From Eukaryota sp. GEM-RC1 (taxonomy: Eukaryota): 64,000 nt of DNA. Each line of letters begins with the position of its first letter. Within the stretch, counting starts at the first letter, position 1. The position numbers were made by a program, and so were the translations under genes. Positions 11,080-25,015 of the stretch are shown piece by piece. Location: NCBI GenBank assembly GCA_040285855.1, contig JAUFOQ010000004.1:62001-126000 (forward strand), in the 5' to 3' direction. The notes under the pieces are model-generated. The model did not search any database. It worked only from the letters and a program-made list of their open reading frames with translations, and was not told the DNA's origin.

Positions 11080-14000
11080 ATGTCGCAATCTCAACTGTCA
11101 TCACTGTTACCTACACCCAAGTCTGATGAAAAGGTTAATGTAACTATCAATGGCTGCTCTATGCCTGTTCCAGCAGAGTACACAGTCCTTGACGCCTGCC
11201 GTTTTGCTGGCCAATACGTTCCTACAATGTGTTATCATGGCGTTTGTAATCATTTGAGTGCTAATTGCAGCGTTTGAAGGCTCTTGGTCGCTGTGGTGTT
11301 TGTGCTGTTGAAGTTGATGGCAATACCTCTTATGCTTGCTGCGCTAAAATTGCTGATGGCAATAACATCATTACCAATTCTTCATCTGTTCGTTCTAAGC
11401 AGGCCGCTGCACTCAGAGCAATGAATGATCGTCAACGCTCCCGTCAAATTCCTCTTCTTGAAAGTACTAATGAGTTTGATGCAGCACTTCAATGGGCTTC
11501 AACTTCTATTAGCTCCAACAATGGCCCCATTGTCATTGATCCCAGCTCCTGTGTTGATTGTGGTCGCTGTGCTACTGCTTGCTGTGACATGCAAGACATG
11601 AATATTTTGGAAATAACTGCTAAGGACGGAGTTCGAGCCATTGGAGGTATGGATTTTGGAAAAACTTCGTGTATTAATTGTGGTCAATGTACTGCCTTCT
11701 GTCCTACTGGTGCCATCCATGAAGAATCTCACATTGAACGTATCAGAAAGGCCAAGTCCGAAGGTAAAATCATGGTCGTCCAAACTGCCCCTGCTCCTAG
11801 AGTTGCTCTTGATGAAGCTTTTGATCACTCCAAGCTCGATCTTTCTACTGATGCTCGTACCAGCCGCATGGTTGCTTCCCTCCGAGCTCTTGGTTTCGAG
11901 TACGTATTCGACACCCAGTTCACTGCTGATCTTACCATCATGGAAGAAGGAACTGAACTCATTCAACGTCTTACTAAGAAATGGGCTGGAGAACCAGTTG
12001 TTCTTCCTCAATTCACGTCTTGTTGTCCTGCTTGGCTTAACTATGTAGAACGTCGTGATCCTGAGATCATCCCTCATCTTTCTTCTGCTAAATCTCCAAT
12101 GATGATGCTTGGTGCTTTACTCAAGTCTTACTTCCCTGAAACTATATTGAAAACTGATCCCTCTAATATCTACTCTGTTGCTGTAATGCCTTGTACCGCT
12201 AAGAAACATGAAATCACTCGTGATGACTTTGCATCAGTTGACGCTGTCTTAACCACTAGAGAACTGGCCAAGTTTATTAAAGAAGAAGGAATTGACTTCT
12301 ACAATCTCCCTGCTGCTGACTTCGACAATCCTTTGGGTGAGTCAACAGGAGCTGGAGCTATCTTTGGTAACTCTGGAGGTGTCATGGAAGCTGCTCTTAG
12401 AACTGCTTTTGAAGTTGTCTCTGGTCAAACCCTTCCTAGTGTTGAACTCAATGCCGTAAGAGGATTCCAAGGAATTAGAGATGCTGTTGTTGAAATCCCA
12501 GTTGGTGATGAAGTCAAGAAGGTTTCTGTAGCCATTTGCTCTGGAATCAAGAATGCAAAAGCCATCTTAAAGGATCCTGAATTAAAGTACAAGTATGATT
12601 TCATTGAAGTCATGAGTTGTCCTGGTGGATGTATCTGTGGTGGAGGTCAAACTAAGAGCTTGAATCCTGAGATTGTCCCTGAAAGAACTGGCACAATGTA
12701 CGCTGTTGATGACAAGAAGACCCTTAGAAAGAGTCACGAGAACCCTTCAATCAAGAAGCTTTATGACGAGTACCTTGAGGAACCTTGCTCTCACAAGGCT
12801 CATCATCTTTTACATACTCACTATCATGATCGAACTGATATCTATTCTATTCCAGGTGCTGACGATGGGTGTAATGATGATGATCATCCTGAAGATGAAG
12901 ATGCTGTCAATGTTTACATTGTTTATGCCACTCAAACTGGTAACTCCAAGGCTGTTGCCACAACTTTAGCTGATGAAATCAAGACTAGAGGTGGTTTCGC
13001 AAAGATTGCCCAAGCTGACAAGATCTCTCTTGATGAAGTTGCCAAGAAGAAGTTGGTAGTCTTTATCACGTCAACCTTTGGACAAGGAGAATTAGTTGAT
13101 CAAGCCCTCCCTCTATGGGAAGCTTTAGACAATGCTTCTTCTGGTACTCTTTCCAATACCCAGTTTGCAGTCTTTGGTCTCGGATCCTCTGCTTATCCTC
13201 TCTTTTGTAAAGCAGCTGAAATGTTTGATGAAAGATTTGAGAATCTTGGTGGACAACGTGTCATTCCCCTCGGAACTGGTGATGAAAAGGACGCTGAAGG
13301 AATCTGGGGTGGGTTTGGAACTTTCTCTGAACAACTCTTTGATGAACTTGGTTTGGTTGGTGATGCTGTCCCAATGATCCCTGCTCCCAAGTATCACGTG
13401 TTGATTGCTGCTTCTGCCGCCAAGGGAATCCCTGCTCCTGGTTACAAGTATGCCAAGCTCACTGTTAACAAGATCATTACTCCTCCTCATAACGATCGTC
13501 TCTGTAGACAAATTGAGTTGGACTTGAGAGGAACTGGATTAGAGTATAAGACTGGATGGCATTGTGCTATTCTTCCAAGATCTTTGGAGAAGTCTACCAA
13601 CCGATTTATTAATGAAATCTTGAATTTGAACCCTGAAACTGTCATTTTAGTCAATCCTTCTGGTGATTCTCCTGTTCCCGGTGGTCTTGAACATCCCACT
13701 ACTTTGTTTGAAGTTTTCTCCCAGTACATTGACATCTCTGGCCGTACCACTAAGAACTTCTTGAAGGCTTTGATTCCTTTTGCTGAGGATGCTGATCAAC
13801 GTGCTAAGCTTGTCCATTTGGTGTCTAAGGAAGGATCTGAGTATCTAACCAAGCACTACATTTCAGAAGCTGTTACCTATCATGAAGTTTTAGAAGAGTT
13901 TGATTCCTGCAGACCATCTGTTGGTCATTTAATTAGTATGATTCCAGCAACCAAGCCTAGACTTTACTCTATTGCTAGTTCTCACAAGATGCATCCTGAA

Positions 14001-14612
14001 GCTATCCAACTTACCATTGGAAAAGTCTTTTGGACCACTGCCAAGGGAGTTACTCGTCAAGGACTTACTACCAATTGGCTTGACCATGCAAAGATTGATT
14101 CAAAGATTGCAATCTCTGTGCATTCCTCTCCATTGGTACCTCCAACTGATCTCTCAAAGCCTATCCTCATGTCCTGCATGGGATCTGGTTTTGCTCCTTT
14201 CAGAGGTTTCCTCCAAGATCGTGAAGTAGAAAGAGATGTTGAAGGTAATCAGACTGGAAAGATGTTGTTGTTCTTTGGTTGTAGAAGACCTGATGAAGAT
14301 TGGATTCATGAAGATGAAATGAAACAATGGGAAGAATCAGGTTTAACTGAATTATCTTTGGCTTTCTCCAGAGTTTCTGGTAAGAAAGTGTATATTACTC
14401 ATCGTGCTGCTGAACGTTTAGAAGATTTGTGGGAGCTTCTCGGTGTTCAAGGGGGTGGTTTCTACTACTGTGGTGGTATCGGTCCTGATCGTCAATTAAG
14501 AAACAGCATTCGCGAATCGTTTATTAGAATTGGAGGTTTGACTGAAAAGGCTGCTGACAAGAAGTTGGATAAGATGGAACATGATGGTTTGTTGGTTCTG
14601 GAAGCTTGGTAA
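11080..14612 (+). CDS. hydA: [FeFe]-hydrogenase fused to flavodoxin + FAD/NAD(P)H-binding (CysJ/CPR-like) domains; join(11080..11241,11271..14612), 1167 aa
   Basis: [2Fe-2S] PTMCYH..GRCGVC..C and two [4Fe-4S] motifs (CVDCGRCATAC, CINCGQCTAFCP). H-cluster motifs FTSCCPAW, MPCTAKKHE, EVMSCPGGCICGGGQ and small-subunit RKSHENP..LLHTHY. Flavodoxin YATQTGNS/STFGQGE, FAD-binding PRLYSIASS, NADPH-domain GSGFAPFRGF/LFFGCR/AFSR, and a terminal Trp. Confidence 0.95.
11242..11270 (+). other. 29-nt spliceosomal intron
   Basis: GTTTGT...CTAATTGCAG; removal restores CYHG|RLKALGRC. Confidence 0.9.
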
Positions 14613-15145
14613 GTCTTAATTGTAGTTTGTTTTATGAGAATTGTGTGTGTTTATTGTTATATGTTTTTATCGTGCATAAATAGAAATTTATTGTTTGATG
14701 TTATGTCTATTTCTACATTGATGATCAAAGCTTCAGATGCTATTAGTACAACATGATGGTAGAGAATTGGACACTATAGACTGGAGGATGTGATGCATAG
14801 AACTGTTACTGCAGCTTTGATTAGAAAAGAACGGTCAACCTCACAAAAGTCGAAAACCCATGCGATCAAACTCCTTTTTGAAATAGAAGCCATCTAAATC
14901 AATTTAATATTCTTTGTGGAAAAGATCCCTAACCAAGGTTGTGCAAATATCAAGAATCCTTCAAAAATCTATGATTCAGTAAGTAATTCAGTTAAAATAG
15001 GTCATAATGAAGTGAAACAATGTTTAAGATGAAGTAATAATGTGATAAAAGTACTGGACCATATTTGGATTCTGAAAACATCTATGATTTTGATTAACAA
15101 CATGTAACTTCGTGTGCTTCGCTGTTGTTCCCTGCTTAAAGAAAT

Positions 15146-16502
15146 TCACAGACTTTTATTTCCAAAAGACAATTCATTACACAAAGAAGCCAAAACCTCT
15201 ATGTTCCTAGCTAACAATCTCAAACTACTTGTCCACTTCAATGCCCTCTCCCCTTTAAACTTCTCTACATCTCCAGAGCTAGTAACTCCATAGCTTTTAA
15301 GTAACAATCCGAAAGAAGAAGAACCATGTTTTAACACTACATTGGTCTTTTCAATTATTATAGGATAAGGAAGTACAGGTTCAGTGGAAGAAGAAGTTAT
15401 CCAAGCAAAGTCTTGCATACCTTGATGGGAAGTCACACATTTATCAAACAAATCACAAATAATCATAGCCAATCCCATCAAACCTTCATCTAGAGTAGGT
15501 AGCTGTTTCCTAGCCTTTTTAAGAGACGCAGCAACTGAAGAAGAAGTTCTGGAACTGAATGGAGGTCCAAATAAAGGTAGGAAAGCACCGTCATCAGTTC
15601 TAAGAATAGAACTTTCCTTTCCTTGAGCAATTGGAGTAAAATTTTTAAATTTGTGTTGGATTACTTGACCGCAATTAGAAAGCAAGAGACACAAATCTCC
15701 AAAAGCAATGTTGGTTTCTTCCCAATTAACTGAAAGCAAAGGATTTGAAAGGGAATTATTAAAATTTTCCACTGGTAACTCTACACCTAAATGATTTGAA
15801 TTAATAACTGCCGCTGGTCTTTGCGTATCAAAAGAAAAAAGAAACTAAAAGAAATAGTGGATTTAAAGACTTTAAAAACTGAAACTGACTCTCTGTTGAT
15901 GAATGAGATAGTTGGTAAGATTCGAGGGAGGAAGAGGTTTGAGTAAGAGAGGAATGATGTTGAGAAGAGGAAAGGACAAGTGAACTTAACTCTGAGGACA
16001 GATCACGATATTGATTCTGTTTTGATTGAATCTCTTCTTTAAGTCTGTTTATCTCACAAAAGTAAGAGTATTGTTCAGCTTCTAGAAGTAGTTGTTGTTC
16101 GTGGAGGGAAGCGTAGAGTTGAGGAGAGGAGGAGCAGTCTTCACATGAGTAGACCTCGTTTAGACTAGAAAGAGTAGAGAGAGCAGCTTTGTATGCATTG
16201 AACTTGGTTGAGAGAAGATCTCGTTCTGTCTCTAGTGAGTGAATGGTGTTGGCTAAGCATAGAGTACAAAGAGGAAGTTGAGACTTGGTTAGAATGTCGT
16301 GGATCTGGGACTCAGTGAGGATGGTCTTTGGAGTAGCAACACCTCCAATGTTTACTAGTTCTTGTATCATTTGAGGTGGAACATTAGGAGAGGTGCTCTT
16401 AGAGAAAACATCAGAGAAGCAGAAATCGTCGATGGCAACCTCACAGTCATTAATGATGTTGATGTCTTTGAGACAGAGAGAGCAGGAAAATAGGATGGAC
16501 AT
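15146..16502 (-). CDS. ATG6: Beclin/Atg6/Vps30-like protein (one homopolymer frameshift at 15835-15840)
   Basis: N-terminal CxxC and PLCTLC, a coiled coil, then VINSNHLG...VNWEETNIAFGDLCLLL...LPYPI...KWTSSLRLL (BARA domain). Removing one base from the A6 run fuses the two ORFs. Confidence 0.8.
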
Positions 16503-16554
16503 TTCTTAATGAGTTAGAAAGTGGTCAATATATTCTACTGGTGCTAGAGTTTAT

Positions 16555-17190
16555 TATAAACGTAATAAATCAAACAACTAAAATTTGATGTCATTAAAAC
16601 AACACCCGTCGCTATCAAACCTTACAACAGCTTTGTCCTCATAAAAGGCACTCACTGCTAATAAAGCTTTGGAGATGATTAGGGGAACGGTTTTAAAAAC
16701 AGTAAAAACGATCCGATTCAACCATAACGTATGATCAAAACGTTTGTTCATCCTATTTTTTACGATTTTTCCGAAATCGTTTAAAAAATTCAATGCACTT
16801 TTCCTAAACGTCCGTAAATTGAAACGGCAAAGGGCATAATTCGTACTCAACATGTTTTACATGTTTTAAAGCCATCAATGGTTTTCTGTACTTATCCTGT
16901 TTGGCCTGTTCAGAAATGTCTAAAGGAGAAGTTTCAGACGAAGCGTTCTTTAAAGATGTCTTTTTACAAACATCCACTGACACTACATCAACAACAAACA
17001 ATTTGTCTGAAGAAGAAGGGACAACAACATCTGCTCTCCGTTTACCAAAAAATTGGTTCTGTTTTTCGACATTACATTCTACTATAGTAGAATTTTTTGA
17101 AATGGTGGTTTCATTTCTTACTACTAGTCCTCGATTCTTCAAAAATTGCAGACCTTTGTACAGAGGTCCATGCAAAAAAAATGTCACAGT
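16555..17190 (-). mobile_element. Non-LTR retrotransposon 3' fragment with restriction-like endonuclease (RLE) domain, frameshifted
   Basis: H...L...G.VV.NE...RRADVVV....FVVDV...KQDKY...LCP...W.NRI is the typical RLE motif order. A near-colinear copy lies at 61232-61741. Ends are approximate. Confidence 0.78.
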
Positions 17191-17527
17191 AAAATCTAAA
17201 CTTTAGTTGTTGGAAGAGTATTGCAATAATATTTGTTATGTATTTCATCTATTTACGTGAAAAACAGAAATTGTCTACCATTGTCAGCAATCAATAAAAG
17301 ATTCCAACACTTCTGTTAACCGCTAACAGGTAATTAAACTAGGAAATTTCATCACATATTTGATTACTTTGATTAGAGATGGAATATCGAAATGTAGTCA
17401 TTGAGAATATTGAGAACCAATAAAACAGTATGTAAAACCAGGAAAAGATAACACAATAACATAAATTCAACAACTGTGAATGAGTTATCAATTACAAATC
17501 TGAAAAGTATGTTCACAAAAGGATTAA

Positions 17528-18872
17528 TTATTTAAATTCAACAATTTGATATTCACTTCCTTTGTAGTAAGCCCAAATTCCAAACAAAACTCCACTTGGA
17601 ACTGTATTTGTTGCAGATTGTCCATTTAACTTGAAAGTAGCAGTGCTGTTCTTGATTTCAATCATGATCACGTCACCTTCATTCATTTCAGGAAGGGAGA
17701 AGGAGCCGCCACCACTACTGCCATGAGTAGTATAATAGATGCCGGAACTCTCAGCACCACGCTCAATAACTGGTCTAGTCCAAAATCCAATGTGTTCAGT
17801 ATTACTCATGTACTTTGTCCTTTTAATGGCAACTTTAAAGTCCTTTCGATCAAAGTCAATAACAACAAAGTTACACGGTGTCCATTTACTACAACAGTCA
17901 TTCAAAACCCTCTTATTTCCCTCAGAAACCACCATTCCAGATCCACTCTCAAGTCCTTATTATATTAAAACTGGAACTCTTGTTAAAACAAACTTCTGCC
18001 ACCACTTCCTCAGTTTGAATAGAAACATCAACACCATTAGAACTAAGACCTTGAAGTTCAGGAGAAACTAAAGAGAGAAGAAGTGGATTAAGTTTGTAGA
18101 AAGAAAACCTCATCAAAACAGATTCTAAATTTTTAAATTTCTGTAACGGTGCTAACAAACTTTCAGACCAAACACGTGGATGTAACAATTCAACATCAAA
18201 TCCAAACATTATCGTTTCCACGGCTTCTTCTTTCCATTCAGTTAGATCCTCTCTTAAAGATAGAACAAAAGCATTGACCAACCATAAAGTAACATCTTTT
18301 CTTTCTTTCCAGAGTCAATAATTAGATCAAAAGTTTCAGGTTTAAGACATAGAGGTTCGGCTTTTTCTATTTCTTTTACTGATTGAATAATAGCTGTGAT
18401 TGATGGTTTGACATCTTCTGAAGACGACGATTGTAGTTGTAGAAATACATCTAAATCAGATCGTTCTTGAGATTGGAATAGAATTGTCAACGTCCAATCA
18501 GCTTCACTTTGATGTTCTTTCATTAATGCCACACAGTGATCAACCAGCTCTTGAACTTTGGAAGTACCTAGCACAGTAGAAGAGTTGATAGCAGTTCTCA
18601 GAGGTTATAGTGACAGGGAATGAGTAGAGAATCTTTATAAAGGATTCAAAGATTGATGAGGAAACTTTGACGTTACTTAGATCGTATTGAGTGATGTCCT
18701 TGTCAGAAAACTCTTTACTGAAACAGTCCAGGAAGTAGTTAGAGTGTAGAGAGAGCACACATCGATGACAAGAGATGAGTAGGTCTTCGTGAATGAGGGT
18801 TTGATCAGCAAGGACTTCAGTTGTGAAGAGCTTTTGAAAGGATTCTGAGCCAACCAGTTGGTATTGGGTCAT
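17528..18872 (-). CDS. BTB/POZ domain protein with C-terminal beta-sandwich (SPRY-like?), broken into four ORFs
   Basis: ADQTL...ISCHRCVLSLHSNYF...FESFIKILYS...ITSEN.YQLFYCARYFQ|VQELVDHC is a BTB pattern. Three frame breaks; errors cannot be distinguished from pseudogenisation. Confidence 0.72.
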
Positions 18873-19201
18873 AGAAGTAGGAAAAACAAAAATTGCTTGT
18901 TTTCAAATATAAAATCGAATAGTTTGTCAAACATAATTCTACTGTTGATTTTATTTCGCGTGCTTACTACAGTAGTATTGTGTAACCAATTCAAATTCAG
19001 TTCTCACAGCATTAGACTTCCTTGGATTAGACCATCTGCAGGTCTATTCTTATTGATAAATACCAAAACCCAATATAAAGTGTTATTTCCTAAACAAAGA
19101 AGCTCTCAGAAATACAAACTGATTTAAATATTCGAAAAAACAGTTACATTTGATACACTAATTAAAAATACAAAAACTTACTATAACTCTAACCAAAACC
19201 A

Positions 19202-22200
19202 TCAACTTCTATTCTGCAACATTATTTTTAATTTACCCACATATGATTCCAAGGTGTTACACTTGGATTCCATCAATTGACACCGCTGTTGACTCCGTTC
19301 AAGTTGTTGTTTTACATTATCATGCTCAGCAGAGAGGACAGCAAGATCAGCAGAGGACGAAGGTTTAGAAGATTTTAAATTTTGTAAAGTTTTTTCTGAA
19401 AATTTTAATTGTTGCGAGAATCTGGTAATAGAATCTTGAAGTTGTTTGACTTCTGATTCGTGTCGACTAATCATTGATTCCCTTTCTTTAGAGGCAAGAT
19501 CTAGCAAGCTCTGAGTCTTTTTTAAATTTTCTTCTAAAGTTCTAATTTTCTGTTGACATTCATCAATTTGACTGTGACAATTAGACATTTGTTCCGTTAG
19601 AGAAAGATTTTCCCTTTCAACTAGCTCTTTTTCAACTCAAAATCTGCCACCAAAGCATTTTGTTCATCAACTTTCAATGCCAAAGAAGATTTCTCATCTT
19701 TTAAAATATTAATTTCTCGATCACTTTCTTCAATTTTCCTTTGCAAATCAATCAAACTTCTGGACTGATCAGCTTCAAAAGTATTCTTATCTGAAATCAC
19801 GCGACTCAGCTCTAAATCCTTAGATTCAATCACAGAATTTAATTTTTTAATAGTTTCCAAATGCTGAGTCAGTGCACTATTAAGTTCCTCCACTTCCTTT
19901 TCCAATACTCCCTTAGATTCCTGAAGTCTAGCAGTGGTAAGGCTATTCCTAGTTAGTTCTTCCCTAGCTTCATCAAGTTCTTCACGAAGTTGTTCGGTAG
20001 CAACAGAATGTTTAGCTTCAATAGAAGAAAGTTGTTGAGAAAGAATAGAATTATCTTCTTGCAGCTGTCTTCTTTGGGTTTGAACAATGTCTAATAATTC
20101 TTGATTCTTTTTAAGTTGAGATTGCAGGGAATCTAATTGACTTTGAAGGATTTCTTGAGAAATTCCTGATTTGTGAGTTGATGAGAGGTCATCAACGTCA
20201 GCAATCAATCTAGAATTGTGTGATTGGAGAGCACCGAGCTCTAGTTCTAAGTCTTTCTTGGAGGCAATCAATGTCTCGATCTCTGATTGAGAACTTGCCA
20301 GTTTCGCTTTTAGACTAGATACTTCAAGGTCAAGAGAAGTCCTCAAACTATCACGTTCCTTTTCCATTGAATTCAGTTGATTATTGCATCTTCTTAAGGA
20401 AGTTTCATTTTCTTCAATTTTTCGATGTAGAACTCGAATTTCTTCGTCTTTTTCCGAAAGGGAATTTTTCAAATTTTTAATTTCCTGAACATGATGATTT
20501 TGCTGATTTTTCAACTCACTTTGAAGCTTGGAAACTTGCCCATTAAGAGAGTCAATCCTATTTCGAAGGGAAAGTGAAGTTTGATTGATTGATCTCTTCT
20601 CTGAATTGGTACTTGATAGCAATGTATCGATTTGAGAGTTGAGATCCGAAATCTGATCGTTGAGTTCTTCAATTTTTGACCCTGACTGTGATTCAACACG
20701 TTCCTTCTCTTGATTCAAGTCACTCAATCTAGTTTCCAAATCAGAAATGATACCTTCATGTTTGACTTTTTCCTTATTGTAAAGAGTAATTGAAGCTTCC
20801 ATATCACGTTGCACTTCCGAAAGTTTACTCGACAATTGATTTTGATCGGTTAATAACTGGTTGCGATTGGATTTAAGATATTCAATCTGTTTCGTGAGTG
20901 ATTCCTTCTGACCTGATAAAATGGCAACTTCCTCTTCGAGAGAAGTGATTCTTGATTGATGGGCAATCAATTGGATTGATTTCTCTTCCTCATAATTATT
21001 TGACAAAAGTTCAATTTTTCACTGAGAGCAGAAGATTTCACCTCCAAAGCACGTTTCTGACTGTCAATCCGACTGCAATCAGCTTTTAAAACACGTATTT
21101 CATCCAAAAGTTGTGAGATTTCCGTTGTCTTCTTCGACATTCCATTCTCAAGCTGGTGTTTCTCTGATTCCAGCTGAACACATTGAGAAACGGAAGAAGA
21201 AAGTTGTGAAAAGAGACTTGACAATTGTTCATCAGTTTGGAGTTTGAATTCTTCTACAAATGACGTGAGAGTGGAGACGTCATTAGCACAATCACTTTGA
21301 TTGAAGAGCTCAGTGCGAATCTGATCAACAAAAGATTCAATTTGATGAACGAAATCAGTCTTTTCCTGATCAAGAGAATCGAGTTTTTCTTCCAATCCTA
21401 GCTTAATCAGTTTGAGCTCTTCAATTTCTGACCTGAGTTGATTGATTTCTAACCCTAAATCAGAAAATCTCGACTCTTGACTTTCATTTTCAGAAATTAT
21501 TTGATTTTTTAATTGTTCAATTTCCTCCGAATAATCAGCATGCAGAACTGAAATAGTATTGGTTTGAGTAGAAGTCAAATCTTGAAGTCTCGAGATTTCT
21601 TCATGACATTCATTTAAAAGACTATCCTTGTCAATCAAATCTTGGCAGAGTTTGGAAAGTTCTTGACATTTTTGATCTAGGTCAGATTCAACTGAGCTCT
21701 TCCTTTGAACAACTTCCTGTTTCAGCTGATCATATTCTTCAAGAGTATTTACATACTTACTATTGACAAGTTCTAATTCAGCGGTCAAATCTTCCTTTAA
21801 TTTTGAGCTAGAATGACGTGATTCAGACAGTTGAGATTCCAAATCAGCACAAGTATTTTCTAAAGTTTCGATCTTTTTAAATATATTTGATTTTTCATTG
21901 TACAACAAGTCAATTTGCTCCAGATAACCACGTTCCTTGTCATCAAATTCAGAAGAGGCATTTGCCAAATCATCAGATAGGTCATTAATCTTATTTTGAG
22001 CTGTTTCTAATTTTAGTAACAATTCTTCTTTACCTTGAGTGAGCTTTTCTGACGTGGATGATAGGGAAACTTCAAGAGTGGCAACTTCCATTTTGAGCTG
22101 ATCCACATTTTCTTCCAGACTTCTGTTGACTTCTTGCAATTCTGCACGTTCCACATCAAAATCATTTGATTTTTGAGCTATAGTTTCCTTCAGATCACGT

Positions 22201-24230
22201 ATTTCGGATTCAAATTCCCGAGTTTTCTTTTCCAATACAGAAATCTTCTGTTTGTAATTGTTTGATTCATGATTGAAATTCCTCTCCGAATCAGCCATTT
22301 CAAACCTTATTCGTTCAAGTTCAGCAGCATATTCAGCTTTAGACTTTTGTTCCTTTTCCACTTGTAATTTTAAATTATTAATTAATTCAATTTTTTCCTT
22401 TTGATTGTGAGAATTTTCCTTGTTTGAAGACTGTAAAAGGTCTGAAATTGATTGGAAAGCAGCTTCCGAATTCTCCAAAGCTGATTGAGATCGATTGAGC
22501 TCAGCTTCTAGATCCGAGATTCTTCTCGACAAAGCTTCTTTCTGACTGTCAAAAGAAGCAATCAACTCGTGATTCTGGTCTGTACACGTGGAATAATCTT
22601 CCTTCACGTCATCAAGTTCCTTTTCTAGTAATCTTTTCTCCTCTTCCAATTCTTCAACTTGTTCTTCTAGTAATTCTGCATGGTTGAGAGTCTCCGTAAG
22701 TCGTTCTGAGAGAGATGAAACTTCAAATTCTTTGGTAGATTTGATTTCTGACAGGGATTTCTGGCTTTCCTCGAGTGAAACTTCCAAATTATAAATCTTT
22801 TGGGATAAAATCTTTTTTAAATTGGTAAAGGACTGGTGGATAGCAAGTTTTTCTTTGTTTAAACTAGACAACGTATCGTTTAATTGAGAGTTTTCATCTA
22901 AATATTCCTGTAAATTCTTTTCTAATTGTGAGATTTCAGAATCCTTGGTTTCCCGAAGGTTAGCAATCAACTCCTTGAGTGAGGCAACTTCCTCCTGTAA
23001 ACGTGATTCTGATTGTTGGCTGGTGACGTGTACAAGATCAACTTCAGATTTGTACTGTTCAAATTGGAAAATTAAATCTTGATTTTCTGACTCGACTTGT
23101 TTCTTTGAGAATCGTTCAGAGTCAAGAGAATTCTCAAGACCGGAAATAGTTTGATTGAGCTCAACTTTTTCTTCGTTTAGTGAGTCGATTGTTGATTGAA
23201 GATCGTTGATTTGAGATGTATAAGACTGGCAATCATTATCTGATTGAAGTCGTAACCCTTGAATAGTTAGATTCAACTCCTTGATCTCTTCTTGCAACTG
23301 ATCACGTGTTCTAATTTCCTTTTCTAAATCATTGGTTAAATTTTCAATTTTTTGATCTGAATCAAGTTCTTTTTCTTCAAATTCCATAGACTGATGAGAA
23401 ACAAAAGCTTCCAAATCTGAAATTTTAGTCAATAACTGATGAATTCGATCAGATGACGAGGACTTCTCCCTTGAGGAAAACTCAAACTTCTTCTTAAAGT
23501 TCTCTCGTTCAGTTGCTAATTCAGTTCTTAAATTCTGACTTCTCTTGACTTCCAGTTCTAGTTTCTGATTGAGTTTCATGACCTCTTTACTTTTCATATC
23601 AATCTCACTTCGAAGTTCTGATGTCATTTGAGAAATCCCTTCATTCAACGACAGTTTCTCCCCATTAGCTGCTCTTAAATGTTCGTGAGCCTGTTGGAGT
23701 TCCTCTTGGAGAGATTCGATCTGTTTGTTGTAATCTTCAGCTGAATCATGAAGAGAGGATTGGAGGGAGGAGATTTGGGATGAAAGCTTCTGGTTTTCCA
23801 AAGTAAGATGCTTTTTAGTGGAAATTAAGGCCTCTAACTCAGTGGATATCATGTCTTTAGAAGAGCATTGTTGGTTGGAGAGTTGAGAGAGTTCAGCTTG
23901 GAGTTGGTGATTGAGAGATTTGAGTTCAGAGATCTCAACATCCTTGATAGAGTTTTGATGCTGTTGGTCTTGAAGGATGTCTTGCTTTTCTTGTTCAAGA
24001 AGTTCTATAATAGATGTGAGTTCTTCAATTTCCTCAATGTATCCAGATTCAACCAGGTTTGAAGGTGGAGCTGGTGGAGCAGTTTTGGGTGGATTCCAAG
24101 CAGGTGATTGGAGAGAAGAAGGACTTGATAACGGAGTTTGAGGGGAAGATTCATTAAGTATATGTGAGGGCTTCCGACCACGAGTGGCAAGACCCTCAAG
24201 TTGATCAGAAATGTCCCTCCATGAAGACAT
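19202..24230 (-). CDS. Giant coiled-coil protein (~1670 aa), two homopolymer frameshifts
   Basis: Continuous heptad-rich E/K/L/Q/S sequence. Adding one base to each T5 run (21015-21019 and 19628-19632) joins the three ORFs. Confidence 0.8.
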
Positions 24231-24691
24231 CTGATTTGTTGGTGCGAAAAGTCGGTTTTAGTCTTTTTCCAACAATTTTTCAGATCAAATTACACTCTTC
24301 TAACCGCAACAATATGGAGTCACAACAATAATTCCATGTATATACCTCATGATTGATTGTTTTAAGGACAATTTTACTGTTTTCTTCTATTAGATTTGAT
24401 TTTGATTTTATTTAAGTGGTTGTGCTAAATGTACAACACATGTCTTAAAGGCGCAACATCTATTAGTTTCTCTTTGAAGATCTATTAGTACCCAAAAGAA
24501 TTAGATTTAAAGATGAGAAAACGAAGACAAATTAGCTTGGAACTACTAGGATTAACAATCCACATCAAACAAAACTAAGTTGATGAATAGAAAACATCAT
24601 CATGTAGCTTAGAAGACAATTCTCAACGTCAGAACAATATCAGACTAACAATATCCAAGAAAAGCCAATCGCTAAAAAGCAAACAAGGACC

Positions 24692-24964
24692 TCACTGGTC
24701 GTCTTTTGTAATCTTTTCCAACACATGGTAAGGAGTTAAAGAAATCTGAGGAGCATTGGAAACAGGTACATGATGTATAACTCTAGAGAGGGTCGCATGT
24801 ACTTCATGAACGCAATTATTATAGTCCTTAACTGCTTCATCAATGTCAGGTGCATTGTCCGAATCAATAAGAGACAAAAGAGAACAAATCTTCGCTCCAG
24901 CAGCAAGAATTTGAGGTATCTTGCTCTCAGCAAGACTGATATCACTCAAATGGTTATCGATCAT
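24692..24964 (-). CDS. Small helical protein resembling Mediator subunit Med11
   Basis: LSDISLAESKIPQILAAGAKICSLL...YNNCVHEVHATLSRVI follows the Med11 two-helix pattern as I recall it; not verified by search. Confidence 0.45.
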   Translation of the reverse strand: MIDNHLSDISLAESKIPQILAAGAKICSLLSLIDSDNAPDIDEAVKDYNNCVHEVHATLSRVIHHVPVSNAPQISLTPYHVLEKITKDDQ

Positions 24965-25015
24965 TTTGTGTGGTTAAAAGTTGTCAAGACAAATTCTGTG
25001 CTACAGAAGTGGCGA

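Noticed and set aside
19588..21020. Stop-codon readthrough, alternative genetic code or Euplotes-type frameshifting
   Set aside because: Adjacent ORFs are in different frames, breaks map to homopolymers rather than AAA-TAR sites, and TAA, TAG and TGA all terminate conserved genes.
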